From: a virus
DNA length: 64,000 bases
Virus record (IMG/VR): IMGVR_UViG_3300036792_000267
Coordinates: 32,001 to 96,000 of that record
Direction: 5' to 3' (one strand)
The notes beneath the pieces are model-generated. The model was not told the DNA's origin. It was given only the letters and a program-made list of their open reading frames with translations, and searched no databases. The first letter of the stretch is position 1. Each line of letters opens with the position of its first letter. Positions 37,614 to 47,834 of the stretch are shown piece after piece. A program made the translations under genes and the position numbers.

Positions 37614-38303
37614 ATGCCATCCAACGACTCGTTCGAGTTTGACTACCCGCCGGGTTACGTCAAGCCGACGCACGAGTACGGCCAGGGGTTCGGCGACGAG
37701 TTCCATGCTGAGGCGGTACAGGAACTCCTACTCAGCTATGCCGGGTTCACCCAGCGCGGTGTCACCCTGGCAGCCGGGCAGGGCGTACTGCCGACGGGCA
37801 CGATCATCGCCCGGCACACCGCCTCGGGGAAGTACTTCTCCTACCAGGCGGGCGCGACTGACGGGCGTCAGGTCCCGGTCGGCGTGCTGCGCGACGGGCG
37901 CGACACCGGCGGCCCCGGCGCGGCGAGCCTGTCGGCCTACAACTCCGGCACCAACGGGGTGAACCCGGACGCCATCACGCTGGTCGGCGGCGCGGTCATC
38001 TTCCCGGCGAGCCCGGGAGGCAAGACGGCCACTGACGCGCTCGGCAACATGGTCATCCGCGGCATCCTCAACGGCAACGTGGTCTCCGGCACCGACACGA
38101 CCAACATCATCAACGGCAGCGGGCTGGGCTCCGGCGCCGGCCAGGCGATGGTGCTGCTCGGCGCGCGCTACGTGCCCTACGGCGGCGCGGTCTCCGGCGC
38201 TTCCCTGGGTGCCCCGTTCCCTGGCGGCCCGATGGACGGCGTTCCCCCGTCGAACGCGGGCGTGGTGCCGACCGGCGTCGGGACCAACGCCTTCATCTTC
38301 TAG
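37614..38303 (+). CDS. Head decoration protein
   Basis: GVTLAAGQGVLPTGT...GKY..Y..GATDG....GVL. Confidence 0.75.
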   Translation: MPSNDSFEFDYPPGYVKPTHEYGQGFGDEFHAEAVQELLLSYAGFTQRGVTLAAGQGVLPTGTIIARHTASGKYFSYQAGATDGRQVPVGVLRDGRDTGGPGAASLSAYNSGTNGVNPDAITLVGGAVIFPASPGGKTATDALGNMVIRGILNGNVVSGTDTTNIINGSGLGSGAGQAMVLLGARYVPYGGAVSGASLGAPFPGGPMDGVPPSNAGVVPTGVGTNAFIF

Positions 38304-38361
38304 TTCGGAAGGCCTGCTGCCCCGGCAGCAGGCCTCTCGCGTGCCAGCCGATAGCGACGGC

Positions 38362-38691
38362 GTGTGGGTAACCCGGGCAGACCTCAGGGCGCTGGAGCAG
38401 CGCCTTGACCAGAGGCTGTCTCAGATCGACGCCAAACTAGGAGCAGTCATGGCATCGCAGGACGACATCGACGCGGCGGTTGCGCAGATCAACACCACCA
38501 TGGGTGACCTGCAGGCGCAGTCGGCCGCCATTGGCACCGACGTGACCAACATCCAGGCCGCGCTGGCGGCCCTCCCGCAGAACGTGGACACCTCGGCCCT
38601 CAACGCCGCGGTTGCCTCGCTCGCGCAGAACCAGGCGAGCCTCGACTCGGCTGTGGGCGGCCTCAACAACGTGCTCCCGCCTGCCCCGTGA
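38362..38691 (+). CDS. Coiled-coil hypothetical protein
   Basis: CCGATA-N8-GTG; heptad repeats. Confidence 0.6.
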   Translation: MWVTRADLRALEQRLDQRLSQIDAKLGAVMASQDDIDAAVAQINTTMGDLQAQSAAIGTDVTNIQAALAALPQNVDTSALNAAVASLAQNQASLDSAVGGLNNVLPPAP

Positions 38692-38762
38692 TACTGCCAG
38701 CTGCGTAGTAAGCTGCCGTCGCCAGGCCCCCGGGACGCCCGTCCGCTGGGGGCCTGGTCCTT

Positions 38763-39470
38763 TTAGGCGGCGGCCTCTAGCGCCATCCGGGCCTGGTGCC
38801 GCTCTATGTAGTCGGCTGCAGCCCGTAGCAAGTCGGGGTCGTCGTTGAACATGCCGAGAGCGACGTTGAGGTTCCGGCGGATTAGCCCGCGTAGGCATTT
38901 CCCGCAGCTCCGGTCACCGGGACAGCAACTGCGGTCGTGATCGACGGCGAGGGGGTAAACCTTGCCGGTGCGCTTGCTGACCGAGGTCTCAGGTCGGCCG
39001 CTGATCTCGCAGACGCCGGCCTGCTCAGCTAGTTTTTGGTCGTACCAGCCTGGCGGAAGGCTGTAGACACGATCTCGGTTCTTGGCCCCTTCGCCGTTTG
39101 CGCTGAGGCAGTCCCAGCATTTCCGGCGGTTCTGGTGAGTGGGGTTCACTCTGCAGGTGGCGCAGAGTTTCCCTTGCGCCCGGCAAGCTCCGCACTCGTT
39201 GCGCTCCTTGTCGCCGGGGCTCTTATCTCGCCCGCAGGTAACGCACTTGATTCGGCAGGCCGGGCAACGTTGAGCCTTTGCTCGGTTGTTGCCGCGGTAG
39301 GGCTGGCCGCATGATTCGCAGGGGCGTTCAGCTGTGGCGTATCCGCTGCGCTTACGGACTTTGGCGGCGGCGCACAGGGAGCAGTACGAGCTGAGGGCTC
39401 CTGATGGATAGCGGTGCCGTGGCCGCGTTTTGCAGGTCGGGCAGATGGGTTCGTTTCCGGAGACATTCAC
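38763..39470 (-). CDS. Endonuclease VII-family homing endonuclease with N-terminal Cys repeats
   Basis: LAVDHDRSCCPGDRSCGKCLRGL..N.ALG.F.DDP.LLR.A..Y. Confidence 0.85.
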   Translation of the reverse strand: MNVSGNEPICPTCKTRPRHRYPSGALSSYCSLCAAAKVRKRSGYATAERPCESCGQPYRGNNRAKAQRCPACRIKCVTCGRDKSPGDKERNECGACRAQGKLCATCRVNPTHQNRRKCWDCLSANGEGAKNRDRVYSLPPGWYDQKLAEQAGVCEISGRPETSVSKRTGKVYPLAVDHDRSCCPGDRSCGKCLRGLIRRNLNVALGMFNDDPDLLRAAADYIERHQARMALEAAA

Positions 39471-39637
39471 ATTCTCTACTACGTCTGGCCGACTTACCGA
39501 TTAGACGGGGCAAGCGCTCAGGCGTTAGGCCAGCCAGGTGGCTCCTCTACGAGGGAGCGGCGCAGGCCGGGCTCGGAACTTCGGGTCGCTGTGGAACTTA
39601 ACAGCACCTGCCGGCAATGGTCGGCTGACCGGAGGAG

Positions 39638-40883
39638 GTGAGCCCGATCCCTGACATCAGTCTTTTGGAGCCCGTAGTGCTCCGAGGGGTCGTTTTAAGT
39701 TGAGAAGTTTGTAACGCCAGAAACGTTGCTGCTGCTCAACCGCCTGGACCAGACCCCGTGGCCCTTCCCGTCCGCCACCTGGGACGTGGTGAAGGGATCG
39801 AGAGCGGTCGCCAAGCCGAACGTGCCCAACTCTGAGGCGCACATCATCTCCCGGCTCGGCAGGAGCCAGGAAAGCGCGAGCTTCATCTACTTGCGCGAGA
39901 AGAAGGTCTTTGAGCCGACCACGCTGCACTGGCTGCGGACGCCGGGCGAGATCGCCCGCATCAACGCCGAGCGCGCGGTGCTGAGGGAGATCAACGACCT
40001 CAACCAGCGGTTCGACAACTTCGCCGAGTGGAGCGCCTGGCAAGCGCTGGGCGGCGCGATCCAGTACAACTACGGCGACGTCCAGGCCCTGGTGGACTAC
40101 AAGTTCCCGCGCAGCCACTTCGTCACCCCGGCCACGCCGTGGGTCACTAACACCGCGCTCGGCTACTACACCACCGGCGGCGCCACCGCGGCCGGCGCGG
40201 GAACCAACAGCGGCCAGCCGGGCCAGCCGACCACCCTGGGCCAGGCCCAGACCTCGCTGACCGCGGCCGGCGGCACCATCACCTACGCGACCCCGGTGTC
40301 GATCATCGAAGACGTGCGGTCGTGGAAGCGGCTGCTGGCCGTGCACGGCCGGGTGCCGGCGAAGGAAGTTTTCGCCACCAGCGTCACCATGGCCGGCCTG
40401 ATGGAAGCGTGGGTGTCCGCCACGCAGGCGTCTACCGTGTCGATCCCGGCGACCATGATGAGCGACCGGATGAAGGACGAATTTTACTCGACCGGCATCA
40501 TGACCGGCTTCATGGGCCTCGTCTGGACCACGGTGGAGCAGGTCTTCGAGTCCGACCTCGGCAACCTGACCTTCTTCGTGCCGGATGGCATGATCTACCT
40601 GGGCAACTACACCGACCAGCGGCCAGTGGAGGTCCTGGTCGGCCCGACTGCCGACGACGAGGCCCCCGAAGGTTTTACCGGAAAATATGCCAAGACCTGG
40701 AAGGAGAAGGACCCGTCCGCTCGTCAGTACCTGTTGGAGTGGCACATGCTCCCGATCATCACCAGGCCTGAGCAGATGCTGGTAGCCACCAACGTCATCT
40801 CTGCGGGCGGCAGCGTCACCGTCCCGGCCGGCTACTACAACGGCGGGGCCGGCACTGGCGGAAGCAACGCGCCGGTCGACTAG
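39638..40883 (+). CDS. Major capsid protein; needs a 7-nt bypass at 39695-39701; start GTG 39638 or ATC 39647
   Basis: Lambda E-like pattern, follows decoration gene; N-terminal PDISLLEPVVLRGVV joins EKFVTPETL only by hopping GTT TTA A GTT. Confidence 0.85.
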
Positions 40884-40918
40884 CCTTGGCAGCAGCTCTC
40901 GCCGGAGCTGAGTTATAA

Positions 40919-40959
40919 GCAGAACGACCCTCGGGGACATAAACCGGGGGTCGTTCTGC
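40919..40959 (+). terminator. Hairpin terminator after major capsid gene
   Basis: GCAGAACGACCCTCGG / CCGGGGGTCGTTCTGC. Confidence 0.75.
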
Positions 40960-41119
40960 GTCCAGGCGTAGTAGTTACCGTGCCGTGGCACGAGGCCCAC
41001 CCCCTCGGACCCGGCACTGGCGACGAGGGAGGGCCGGGAGCACCGCTGGCCATTGCCTGGGTCTTGGCAGAGCCGCTGCCGTCCCTCCCGACTCGCGGGC
41101 AGCCGCCGATTGCCCCGGC

Positions 41120-41839
41120 ATGGCAGGACTGAGCGGCGAGCAGGCCGTTATCGACGTGGTGGCCGTGTCTGAGCGGCTGTGCCCGAGCACGGTCAGCTCC
41201 AACGAAACAGCCTCAAGATTGGAACTGCCGCCCGAAGCTCCAACAGAGATTGAGGCTCCCTGCGCGCTCGGGCACCCCAACCCGCCCGGTTCCCGGTTCT
41301 GCGGGGCGTGCGGGCTCCCGGCCGGCGCGGCCATTCCGGTGCGCGGCGAGCCCGTGCAGCCTAAGCCCGCCGGCATGCTGACCCCGGCCGAATTGGCTGA
41401 GCGGGAACGCCAGCACGCGGAGGCGGTCGCCGCCGCCGCCCGGTTCGAAAACGCGCCCCAGCAGTTCGTGCCGGCTGAGGGCGAGGCCGTGCTCATTCAC
41501 TTCGTGGCCGACGGGCTGACCGCGTTCGGCAGGCAGTGGTACCGCGGCCAGGAGCTGGCGATCGGCCCGGACCACCCGCGCTGGCCCGAGGCCCGGGGGT
41601 GGGTCACCCTGGACAAGTACGGGCAGATCGATCGATGGGGAGAGCAGAAGTTCGACTTCGGCCCGTGGCCCGGCCGCAAGAGCTACACCGATGCGGCGGG
41701 GTCGTTTGAGCAGCTGCGCAGCACTGACGCGGCGGGCAACAAGGTCACCTTCGCCGGCCCGTCTGAAGAGCAGCTGCGCGCCGCTGACGAGGCTGAGCGC
41801 AGGCGCGGCCGGGCAGTTCCCGCTCCGGCGATGATGTGA
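41120..41839 (+). CDS. Hypothetical protein with Zn-ribbon
   Basis: CCGATT-N8-ATG; C..GH.N....RFCGACG. Confidence 0.6.
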   Translation: MAGLSGEQAVIDVVAVSERLCPSTVSSNETASRLELPPEAPTEIEAPCALGHPNPPGSRFCGACGLPAGAAIPVRGEPVQPKPAGMLTPAELAERERQHAEAVAAAARFENAPQQFVPAEGEAVLIHFVADGLTAFGRQWYRGQELAIGPDHPRWPEARGWVTLDKYGQIDRWGEQKFDFGPWPGRKSYTDAAGSFEQLRSTDAAGNKVTFAGPSEEQLRAADEAERRRGRAVPAPAMM

Positions 41840-41845
41840 GGCACC

Positions 41846-42190
41846 GTGACGTTCCCCGTAGGGCTGACCACGATCGAGGTCACTGGCCAGAACCTCCGCG
41901 ACTTCGGCGGCGGCTCGCTGTCCGGCACCGTAATTTTCACCGCCAGCGAGCCAGTCGCCGATCCGGCCGCTGAGGTGCTGCTGTTCGGCTCGGCTGCGTC
42001 CCAGGTGGTGGACGGGGTGCTGACGCCGGTCACGATCCCGACGACTGACTGCGTGTCGCCCGCCTTCACCTACACCATCTCGATGAAGCTGGACGAGCCC
42101 GACGCCAGCCCGTCGCCGTGGGCCGGGGTGTCCATCCCGCACACGCTGGGCGCGAGCGTCGACCTGGCCCAGCTGCTGGTGTCTGCATGA
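41846..42190 (+). CDS. Beta-rich structural protein
   Basis: G.V.FT...YTI pattern typical of actinophage minor tail N-terminal domains. Confidence 0.5.
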   Translation: MTFPVGLTTIEVTGQNLRDFGGGSLSGTVIFTASEPVADPAAEVLLFGSAASQVVDGVLTPVTIPTTDCVSPAFTYTISMKLDEPDASPSPWAGVSIPHTLGASVDLAQLLVSA

Positions 42191-42765
42191 CCTGGCCCGT
42201 GCCCACCCCGGCGGAGCTGGCGAAGTACACCGGCCGGCCGCTGACCAGCTACACGAACTACGTCAACTCGGCGCTGCTGCAGGCGACCATGATGTTCACC
42301 ATCCTGGCCGAGCGGGGCGCCGACGACTACGCCGGGATGCAGCCAGACTTCCAGCAGCTCGCCAACATGGGCGTCATGGCGATGGCCGACTACCTGTACC
42401 TGCGCTGGCCTTACCAGCAGGTGATTGCCAGCCCGCTGCAGTCCGAGAACATCGGGTCTTACGAGTACAGCAAGCCGGTCGCTGAGCAGGCGCGCAACGC
42501 GCAGGCCATAGAGGTCACCGCCGAGCGCACCGGCGTGGACATGTTCGACCTGGCGGTGCGGCGGCTCGCCAGGCGCCAGGCGATGAACGGCGTCTTCTAC
42601 GGCCAGCTAACGGGTTTCGAGCATTACGGGCGCGACGACCTCGCCTACGTCAAGTTCGACCCGGAGGAAGGCCGCATGGTGCTTGTCGGGCCTGCAGATA
42701 GAGATCAGATTGATGTTCAATTCTTCTCAGTCTCAGCCGAGATGTTTCCAGCAGATCCATCATAA
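42187..42765 (+). CDS. Head-tail adaptor
   Basis: SENIGSYEYSK motif; position. Confidence 0.75.
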   Translation: MTWPVPTPAELAKYTGRPLTSYTNYVNSALLQATMMFTILAERGADDYAGMQPDFQQLANMGVMAMADYLYLRWPYQQVIASPLQSENIGSYEYSKPVAEQARNAQAIEVTAERTGVDMFDLAVRRLARRQAMNGVFYGQLTGFEHYGRDDLAYVKFDPEEGRMVLVGPADRDQIDVQFFSVSAEMFPADPS

Positions 42766-42791
42766 CTAGCTGGACATGCTATTGTCGGTAC

Positions 42792-43481
42792 ATGGGGCGT
42801 GTGCCGACGAGGTTCGTTGAGGTAGGCCAGCGGTTTGGCCGGGGTACGGTCATCGACTCGGACGTGCGAGTTCCTTATGAGGCCCCGTCCGGATACAGCA
42901 AGAACTGGCGGTGCGCTCGGCTCCGGTGCGATTGTGGAACCGAGTACGTGGCCCAGATGGGCGCATTGTTCCGGGGTAAGCGCATCTCGTGCGGGTGCGC
43001 TCGGCGCAAGCAGCGCGACCCGGAGGCCGTGGCTCGACAACGCGCCACGCTTGAAGCACGGGGCAAGGTCACTGAGCATCCGCTCTACAGCACCTGGGCC
43101 AACATGATGCGGCGCTGCTACAAGGAGGCCAACGGCCAGTACCCCAACTACGGTGCGCGGGGCATCAAGGTTCATGAGTCGTGGCATGACAGTCGGACTT
43201 TCGTAGGCGACATCGATCGTCTGCTTGGCCCGCGCCCGAAGGGTTGCACGCTTGACCGGAAGGACAACGACGGCAACTACGAGCCGGGCAACGTGCAGTG
43301 GAGTACCGGCCCCGCGCAAAGCCGCAACACGCGCCGGGCGCTGACAGGCTCGGTCCGCTACCGGGGCAAGGGCCGGTGGGGGTTCCGCTTGAGTGCAGGC
43401 GGCTACTTTTCTGAGGCGGAAGCTTTGGCTGCCCAACGGCTAGCTATTGAGGCGCTGACCGAAGCCGGAGTGCTCCGTTAG
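42792..43481 (+). CDS. HNH homing endonuclease
   Basis: CDCG, SCGC, W.NM.RRC, YGARGI, LDRKDNDGNYEPGNVQW. Confidence 0.88.
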   Translation: MGRVPTRFVEVGQRFGRGTVIDSDVRVPYEAPSGYSKNWRCARLRCDCGTEYVAQMGALFRGKRISCGCARRKQRDPEAVARQRATLEARGKVTEHPLYSTWANMMRRCYKEANGQYPNYGARGIKVHESWHDSRTFVGDIDRLLGPRPKGCTLDRKDNDGNYEPGNVQWSTGPAQSRNTRRALTGSVRYRGKGRWGFRLSAGGYFSEAEALAAQRLAIEALTEAGVLR

Positions 43482-43539
43482 CCTGTCCCCAGGTTGTGGA
43501 CAGGCTTGTGGACAACCGGGCTGAGGCGTAACAGGGAGT

Positions 43540-43986
43540 ATGGCTGAATCCCGTCGTCGTCTGCTGGTCACCGGGTCACAGGACTGGGACGATTTCGCCA
43601 CCGTCCGGCGCGTGCTGAAGAAGCTGTGGGACTATGACCCGGATATCCTGCTGGTCAGCGGCGCGTGCCCGCGCGGGGCGGACCTGATGTGCGAGACGGT
43701 TTGGGACGAGTACCTGGGCGGCGGCGTAGAGCGCCACCCGGCGGACTGGTACCCGGACGGCCGGTACGACAACAGGGCCGGCATCCGCCGCAACGAGGAG
43801 ATGGTGCGCCTGGGCGTGTGGGGGTGCGTCGCCTTCGGGCGGTCCTGCGAGCGCGTCGCGTGCCGGGGGAAGCTCGCTGATGAGAAGTGGCCTTTCCACG
43901 TTACGCACGGCACGGAGCATTGCTCGCGCTACGCTGAGGCTCATGGCATTCCGGTGAAGAGGTTCACTCCGATCCTGGCGGTATGA
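43540..43986 (+). CDS. SLOG-family (DUF2493/YspA-like) protein
   Basis: LVTGSQDW, SGACPRGAD, HPADW, AGIRRN.EM. Confidence 0.8.
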   Translation: MAESRRRLLVTGSQDWDDFATVRRVLKKLWDYDPDILLVSGACPRGADLMCETVWDEYLGGGVERHPADWYPDGRYDNRAGIRRNEEMVRLGVWGCVAFGRSCERVACRGKLADEKWPFHVTHGTEHCSRYAEAHGIPVKRFTPILAV

Positions 43987-44132
43987 ATGGTCCGGTGCAC
44001 GAGCGCGTTACGATTCAGGACGTCTGGGCCTTTATTGCCCCTGCAGGTTGGGCTACCCAGTGGTACTGGCCAGAGGGGGTTCACGGCAAGGTGTGGAACT
44101 TCTTTCACGGGCGCGGCTGGCAGGTGGTGTGA
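43983..44132 (+). CDS. 49-aa Trp-rich peptide
   Basis: CCGATC-N8-ATG; ATGA overlap. Confidence 0.45.
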   Translation: MNGPVHERVTIQDVWAFIAPAGWATQWYWPEGVHGKVWNFFHGRGWQVV

Positions 44133-44268
44133 TGGTTCACCGGGGAATCCCCGAGCACGGCTCCTGGTGGCGGCTCGGCCGCGACATGCTGTGGCTGGCC
44201 GTTCTCGCCGGGGCCGGCTCCGTGGTGTTCATCCTCGGTGACCTGGTGATCTACGGCCGGGTGAACTG

Positions 44269-44583
44269 GTGACCAGGTACAGGGACCCGCTCCCGCCGGG
44301 AGTGCGGCAGAAGGTCGCGAAGATGTCGCTGGTGCTGCAGTACGCCGACGGCTATATCGCGGTCGTGCAGGGCGAGGACCTGTACGCCACGGCGACATTC
44401 CCGCTTGCCCTCGGGCCTGACGCCGAGGTGCAGGTCATCCGTGAGCTGTCTCTGGTGCCCTCGGTCTTCGAGACCAGGAAGCTGGTGCTGGAGGTCGACC
44501 TGGTGCCCGGCAAGCCGAGCCGTCCTGCCCTGCGCATGCAGTGCGCCTTTACCGACGAGGACCCGCCGATTCCCAGTGCGTGA
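44269..44583 (+). CDS. Hypothetical protein
   Basis: GTGA-coupled. Confidence 0.5.
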   Translation: MTRYRDPLPPGVRQKVAKMSLVLQYADGYIAVVQGEDLYATATFPLALGPDAEVQVIRELSLVPSVFETRKLVLEVDLVPGKPSRPALRMQCAFTDEDPPIPSA

Positions 44584-45074
44584 CCACGCCGCAGCCTTAC
44601 CAGCCGTTCGCGCCTGGCCAGGGCATGCGGATCTTCTACAGCAGCACCTGCCAGGTGCTCCGCTCCAACTCCTCGCTCGACGTCGGCGGCGGCATGTCGT
44701 TCACCTGGGACCCGGTAACCGACGTGGTGGACCGTTACCTGAACACGCCGGGGATGCTGCAGTGCCGCCTTGACCTGACCTTCCTGCGGCCGGGCAAGGA
44801 CCAGCCCGCGCCCATCGTGGCCGGCCGCGCCCCGGACCGGGTGGGCGTCTGCTACTTCGACCTGGTGCCCGACGCCGAGGGCGCGTCGCAGGTGCGGGCC
44901 GGCGACCGCCTGCGGTGCGTGAGCGGCCCCATCTTCGGCACGTTCGAGATCCGGCTCATCCCCGACGTCGCGCAGTCCCTCATCGGCGCGCACCACATCG
45001 AGGTACAGGTTGTCGAGGTCAGCCAGATGCTCAAGCCGGGCACCTCGCCGACGCCCTTCGGGTCACCGGAGTGA
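44580..45074 (+). CDS. Head-tail joining (stopper) protein
   Basis: CCGATT-N8-GTG; VRAGDRL, HHIEVQVVEV. Confidence 0.7.
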   Translation: MTTPQPYQPFAPGQGMRIFYSSTCQVLRSNSSLDVGGGMSFTWDPVTDVVDRYLNTPGMLQCRLDLTFLRPGKDQPAPIVAGRAPDRVGVCYFDLVPDAEGASQVRAGDRLRCVSGPIFGTFEIRLIPDVAQSLIGAHHIEVQVVEVSQMLKPGTSPTPFGSPE

Positions 45075-45237
45075 GGAGGATCGACATGCGCTGGGGCGTG
45101 CACTGGGGGAAGCGCAAGGAGAACGGCGTCTGGCGGGCGTCAGTGCCACGTCGGCGCTTCATGTTTCGCGGGCACGACTCGCTGTTCATCGCGGCAGGCT
45201 GCTGGCGGCTGCGCCTGATGAAGCCGGGGTGGTGCCC

Positions 45238-45594
45238 GTGAGCGCGCCGTGGTGGCACCCGGAAGCCAACCCGCTGCGCGACATTCAAGAGGTTGCGCGT
45301 GAGCTGGAGCGGCAGTACGCGTCTGGTTTTAGTGCGCCGCAGCCTATGGGACTCCCTGAGCCCGTAGTGGTGGTAGCACCGCGCTTCAAGGAGGCGCTGA
45401 CGTGGGCGTGCCGGGAAAGGCTGGCGCGGAGGCGGTGGCACTGGGCCCGGCTGCCGGAGGAGCTGTACGGCCTGCTCGGCGGCACCGTCGTACTGGTCAA
45501 CAGCTCCAGGCTGGCGGGCGACCCGGGTGAGTGGTTCTCGGTGATGCAGGTCCTCGGCCGGACGGGCACGGTTATCCGGCAGGAAGTTACCTGA
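45238..45594 (+). CDS. Hypothetical protein
   Basis: GTG 45238; NPLRDIQ motif. Confidence 0.45.
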   Translation: MSAPWWHPEANPLRDIQEVARELERQYASGFSAPQPMGLPEPVVVVAPRFKEALTWACRERLARRRWHWARLPEELYGLLGGTVVLVNSSRLAGDPGEWFSVMQVLGRTGTVIRQEVT

Positions 45595-46019
45595 TGGCTG
45601 AGTATTTCGTGGTCTACCTGAACGGCGCGGGCGACGAGCTGGACCGGCTGGCCCGCGGCCCCGACGCGCAGACCATCGCGCGCATGGAGGCGGCGCTCAT
45701 GCTGGGCTACGCCATCACCGAGGGGCGGGTGCACGTCATCACCGGCGACCTGCTCGCCTCCGGCCACCCGGCCTCCAGCTTCGACAAGTACACCTGGTCA
45801 GGCGAGATCGACTACGACCGCTACCCGGGCATCTTCGAGCTGGCGCGCGGCGACGTCGCGACGAAGTACCACCCCTATCCGGGCAGGCACTACTTCTTCG
45901 ACCCGGGCGGGCACGAGTTCGAGAAGGGCGTGCGGCAGGCGTTCTGGGACTGGGTGACGGACGACAAGGGCGGCAAGGCTCCCGACGGCGGCCTGCCGTG
46001 GAAGTCCGGCGGCGATTAG
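45594..46019 (+). CDS. HK97 gp10-like tail completion protein
   Basis: VHVITGDLLASG motif. Confidence 0.7.
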   Translation: MAEYFVVYLNGAGDELDRLARGPDAQTIARMEAALMLGYAITEGRVHVITGDLLASGHPASSFDKYTWSGEIDYDRYPGIFELARGDVATKYHPYPGRHYFFDPGGHEFEKGVRQAFWDWVTDDKGGKAPDGGLPWKSGGD

Positions 46020-46025
46020 CTGTGC

Positions 46026-46547
46026 ATGGATGACGTGGCGACCGGGAGTGTCAAGTACCTGTCCGGGTTCGCCGACGTCACCGCGCTGCTCGGCTCCTAC
46101 CCGCTGACCGACCCGCCCGGGTTCGCGGGCAAGCCCTGGCTGTTCAGCGACATGAACCAGGGCGTGCTCAAAGTCATGGAGGGCTCCTCGGCCGCGGCAG
46201 TGGTGTGCGCCGACTTCGGCGGCTGGGAGGTGCCGGTGCCCGGGTCCAGCGCCCGGTACCGGCGGCTGCGCGTGGATATCTGGATTGACCCGCAGCGCGA
46301 CGCCGGCATGAACGTCGCCGAGTCCTCCTCCGTGACCGCCAACCGCGGCCTGGCGGTGTTCAACGCCCTTCAGTACCGCCTCCACCGCCTTGACCCGGAC
46401 GCGGTGGTGTGGGGCGACCTGGTGACGGTTGGCTGCCAGCTGCTCACTGAGCCCGTCTTCCAGCCCATCGCCGACGGCGACTACCTGCTGCGCGGGACCG
46501 CCTACTACGGCGTGGAGTACAGCGGCTGGAGCGACGCGGCCGAATAG
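46026..46547 (+). CDS. Putative tail terminator
   Basis: Position; RLRVDIW pattern. Confidence 0.6.
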   Translation: MDDVATGSVKYLSGFADVTALLGSYPLTDPPGFAGKPWLFSDMNQGVLKVMEGSSAAAVVCADFGGWEVPVPGSSARYRRLRVDIWIDPQRDAGMNVAESSSVTANRGLAVFNALQYRLHRLDPDAVVWGDLVTVGCQLLTEPVFQPIADGDYLLRGTAYYGVEYSGWSDAAE

Positions 46548-46616
46548 TTACCCAGGGTCGCGTCATTACCGCCGGCGCGGCGCGTGCAGTCACCGTAACC
46601 GCGAGGGGGAGGGCCC

Positions 46617-47834
46617 GTGCCAGCCGACCGGCCGTTGAAAATCCTGCTGAAGTCCCCGTTTAGCCAGTTTTCGGGGTACGGCATGGACGGCTTCAGCCTC
46701 GCCCGCGCGCTGCACCGCTGGGGGTGCGACGTCTACCTGCAGCCGACCTGGCTGGACGTGCCGGTCCCGCGCGATCTGCTGCCGCTGTTCGCCAAGGAGC
46801 TGCGCGCCCCGTTTGACCTGCTCATCAACCACTGGGACCCAAGCCACCTGTTCATCACCCCTGAGGCCCGCCAGTGCGCCCGGGTGGCCGTGGCCTGGAC
46901 CATGTGGGAGTTCGCCGGCGGGCCAGGGAAGAACGGCAAGGGTGTGTCCGGCCTGGTGCCGCACTGCGAGGCGCGCTCCACCCTGCGCAAGCGGCTCAAG
47001 TGGTTTGACCTGGTGCTCGGCTACGACCCGGTGAGCCTGGAGGCGATTGAGCCCTACATCCCGCCGAAGGTGCACAGCGGCGTGCTGCAGGGCGGCTACG
47101 ACGCCGGGGAGTGGAAGAAAACCGAGCGCGACTGGTTCAGCGAGCGGTTCGGGTTCATCATGCACGGGGCACTCAACGACCGCAAGCAGCCGTGGACGGC
47201 GATCGAGGCTTTCCAGGCGCTGAAGTTCGAGAAGGGCGCGGACTTCGAGGGGGCGACGCTGGCCCTGCACACCAGCGCGCCGGGCAAGCTGTGGCCCGAG
47301 CTGAACGAGCCGTTCAAGGCCACCAAGATCCGCGTGTTCGTGGACGCGTTCGACCGGCCCACGCTGGACGACTTCTACGCCGCCGGGCACTGCCTGCTCG
47401 CGCCGTCCCGCGGCGAGGGCAAGAACCTGCCCGCCCTGGAGTTCATGACGACTGGCGGGGTGGTGGCGGCCACCGACTTCGGCGGCCACAAGCAGTGGCT
47501 GAACGCCGACTACGCCTACCCGCTGGGCTATGACCTGAAGCCGACGTTCGATGACAAGCCCTGGGGCGCGCACGACGCCCGGGTGAGCGTGGAGCACCTG
47601 AAAGAGGTCATCTGGCACATCTACACCCACCGGGCCGAGGCCAGGCAGAAGGCCGAGCTGGCGTCCCGGGTCATCCCGCAGATGTGCGACTGGTCGGTAG
47701 TGGCGGAGAGCCTGTTCCGGCGCATCGGCGACCAGGTGGCCGGACCGGGGCCGGAGGTGGCCGCCCAGGCGTTCGCCTGCCGTCGCGAGCCGGAGCCCGG
47801 CCCGTCGGCTGCCATGCCCGGCTGGCACCAGTGA
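46617..47834 (+). CDS. GT-B (GT4-like) glycosyltransferase
   Basis: SGYG, TMWE, RK, PSRGEGKNLPALEFMTTG. Confidence 0.88.
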   Translation: MPADRPLKILLKSPFSQFSGYGMDGFSLARALHRWGCDVYLQPTWLDVPVPRDLLPLFAKELRAPFDLLINHWDPSHLFITPEARQCARVAVAWTMWEFAGGPGKNGKGVSGLVPHCEARSTLRKRLKWFDLVLGYDPVSLEAIEPYIPPKVHSGVLQGGYDAGEWKKTERDWFSERFGFIMHGALNDRKQPWTAIEAFQALKFEKGADFEGATLALHTSAPGKLWPELNEPFKATKIRVFVDAFDRPTLDDFYAAGHCLLAPSRGEGKNLPALEFMTTGGVVAATDFGGHKQWLNADYAYPLGYDLKPTFDDKPWGAHDARVSVEHLKEVIWHIYTHRAEARQKAELASRVIPQMCDWSVVAESLFRRIGDQVAGPGPEVAAQAFACRREPEPGPSAAMPGWHQ

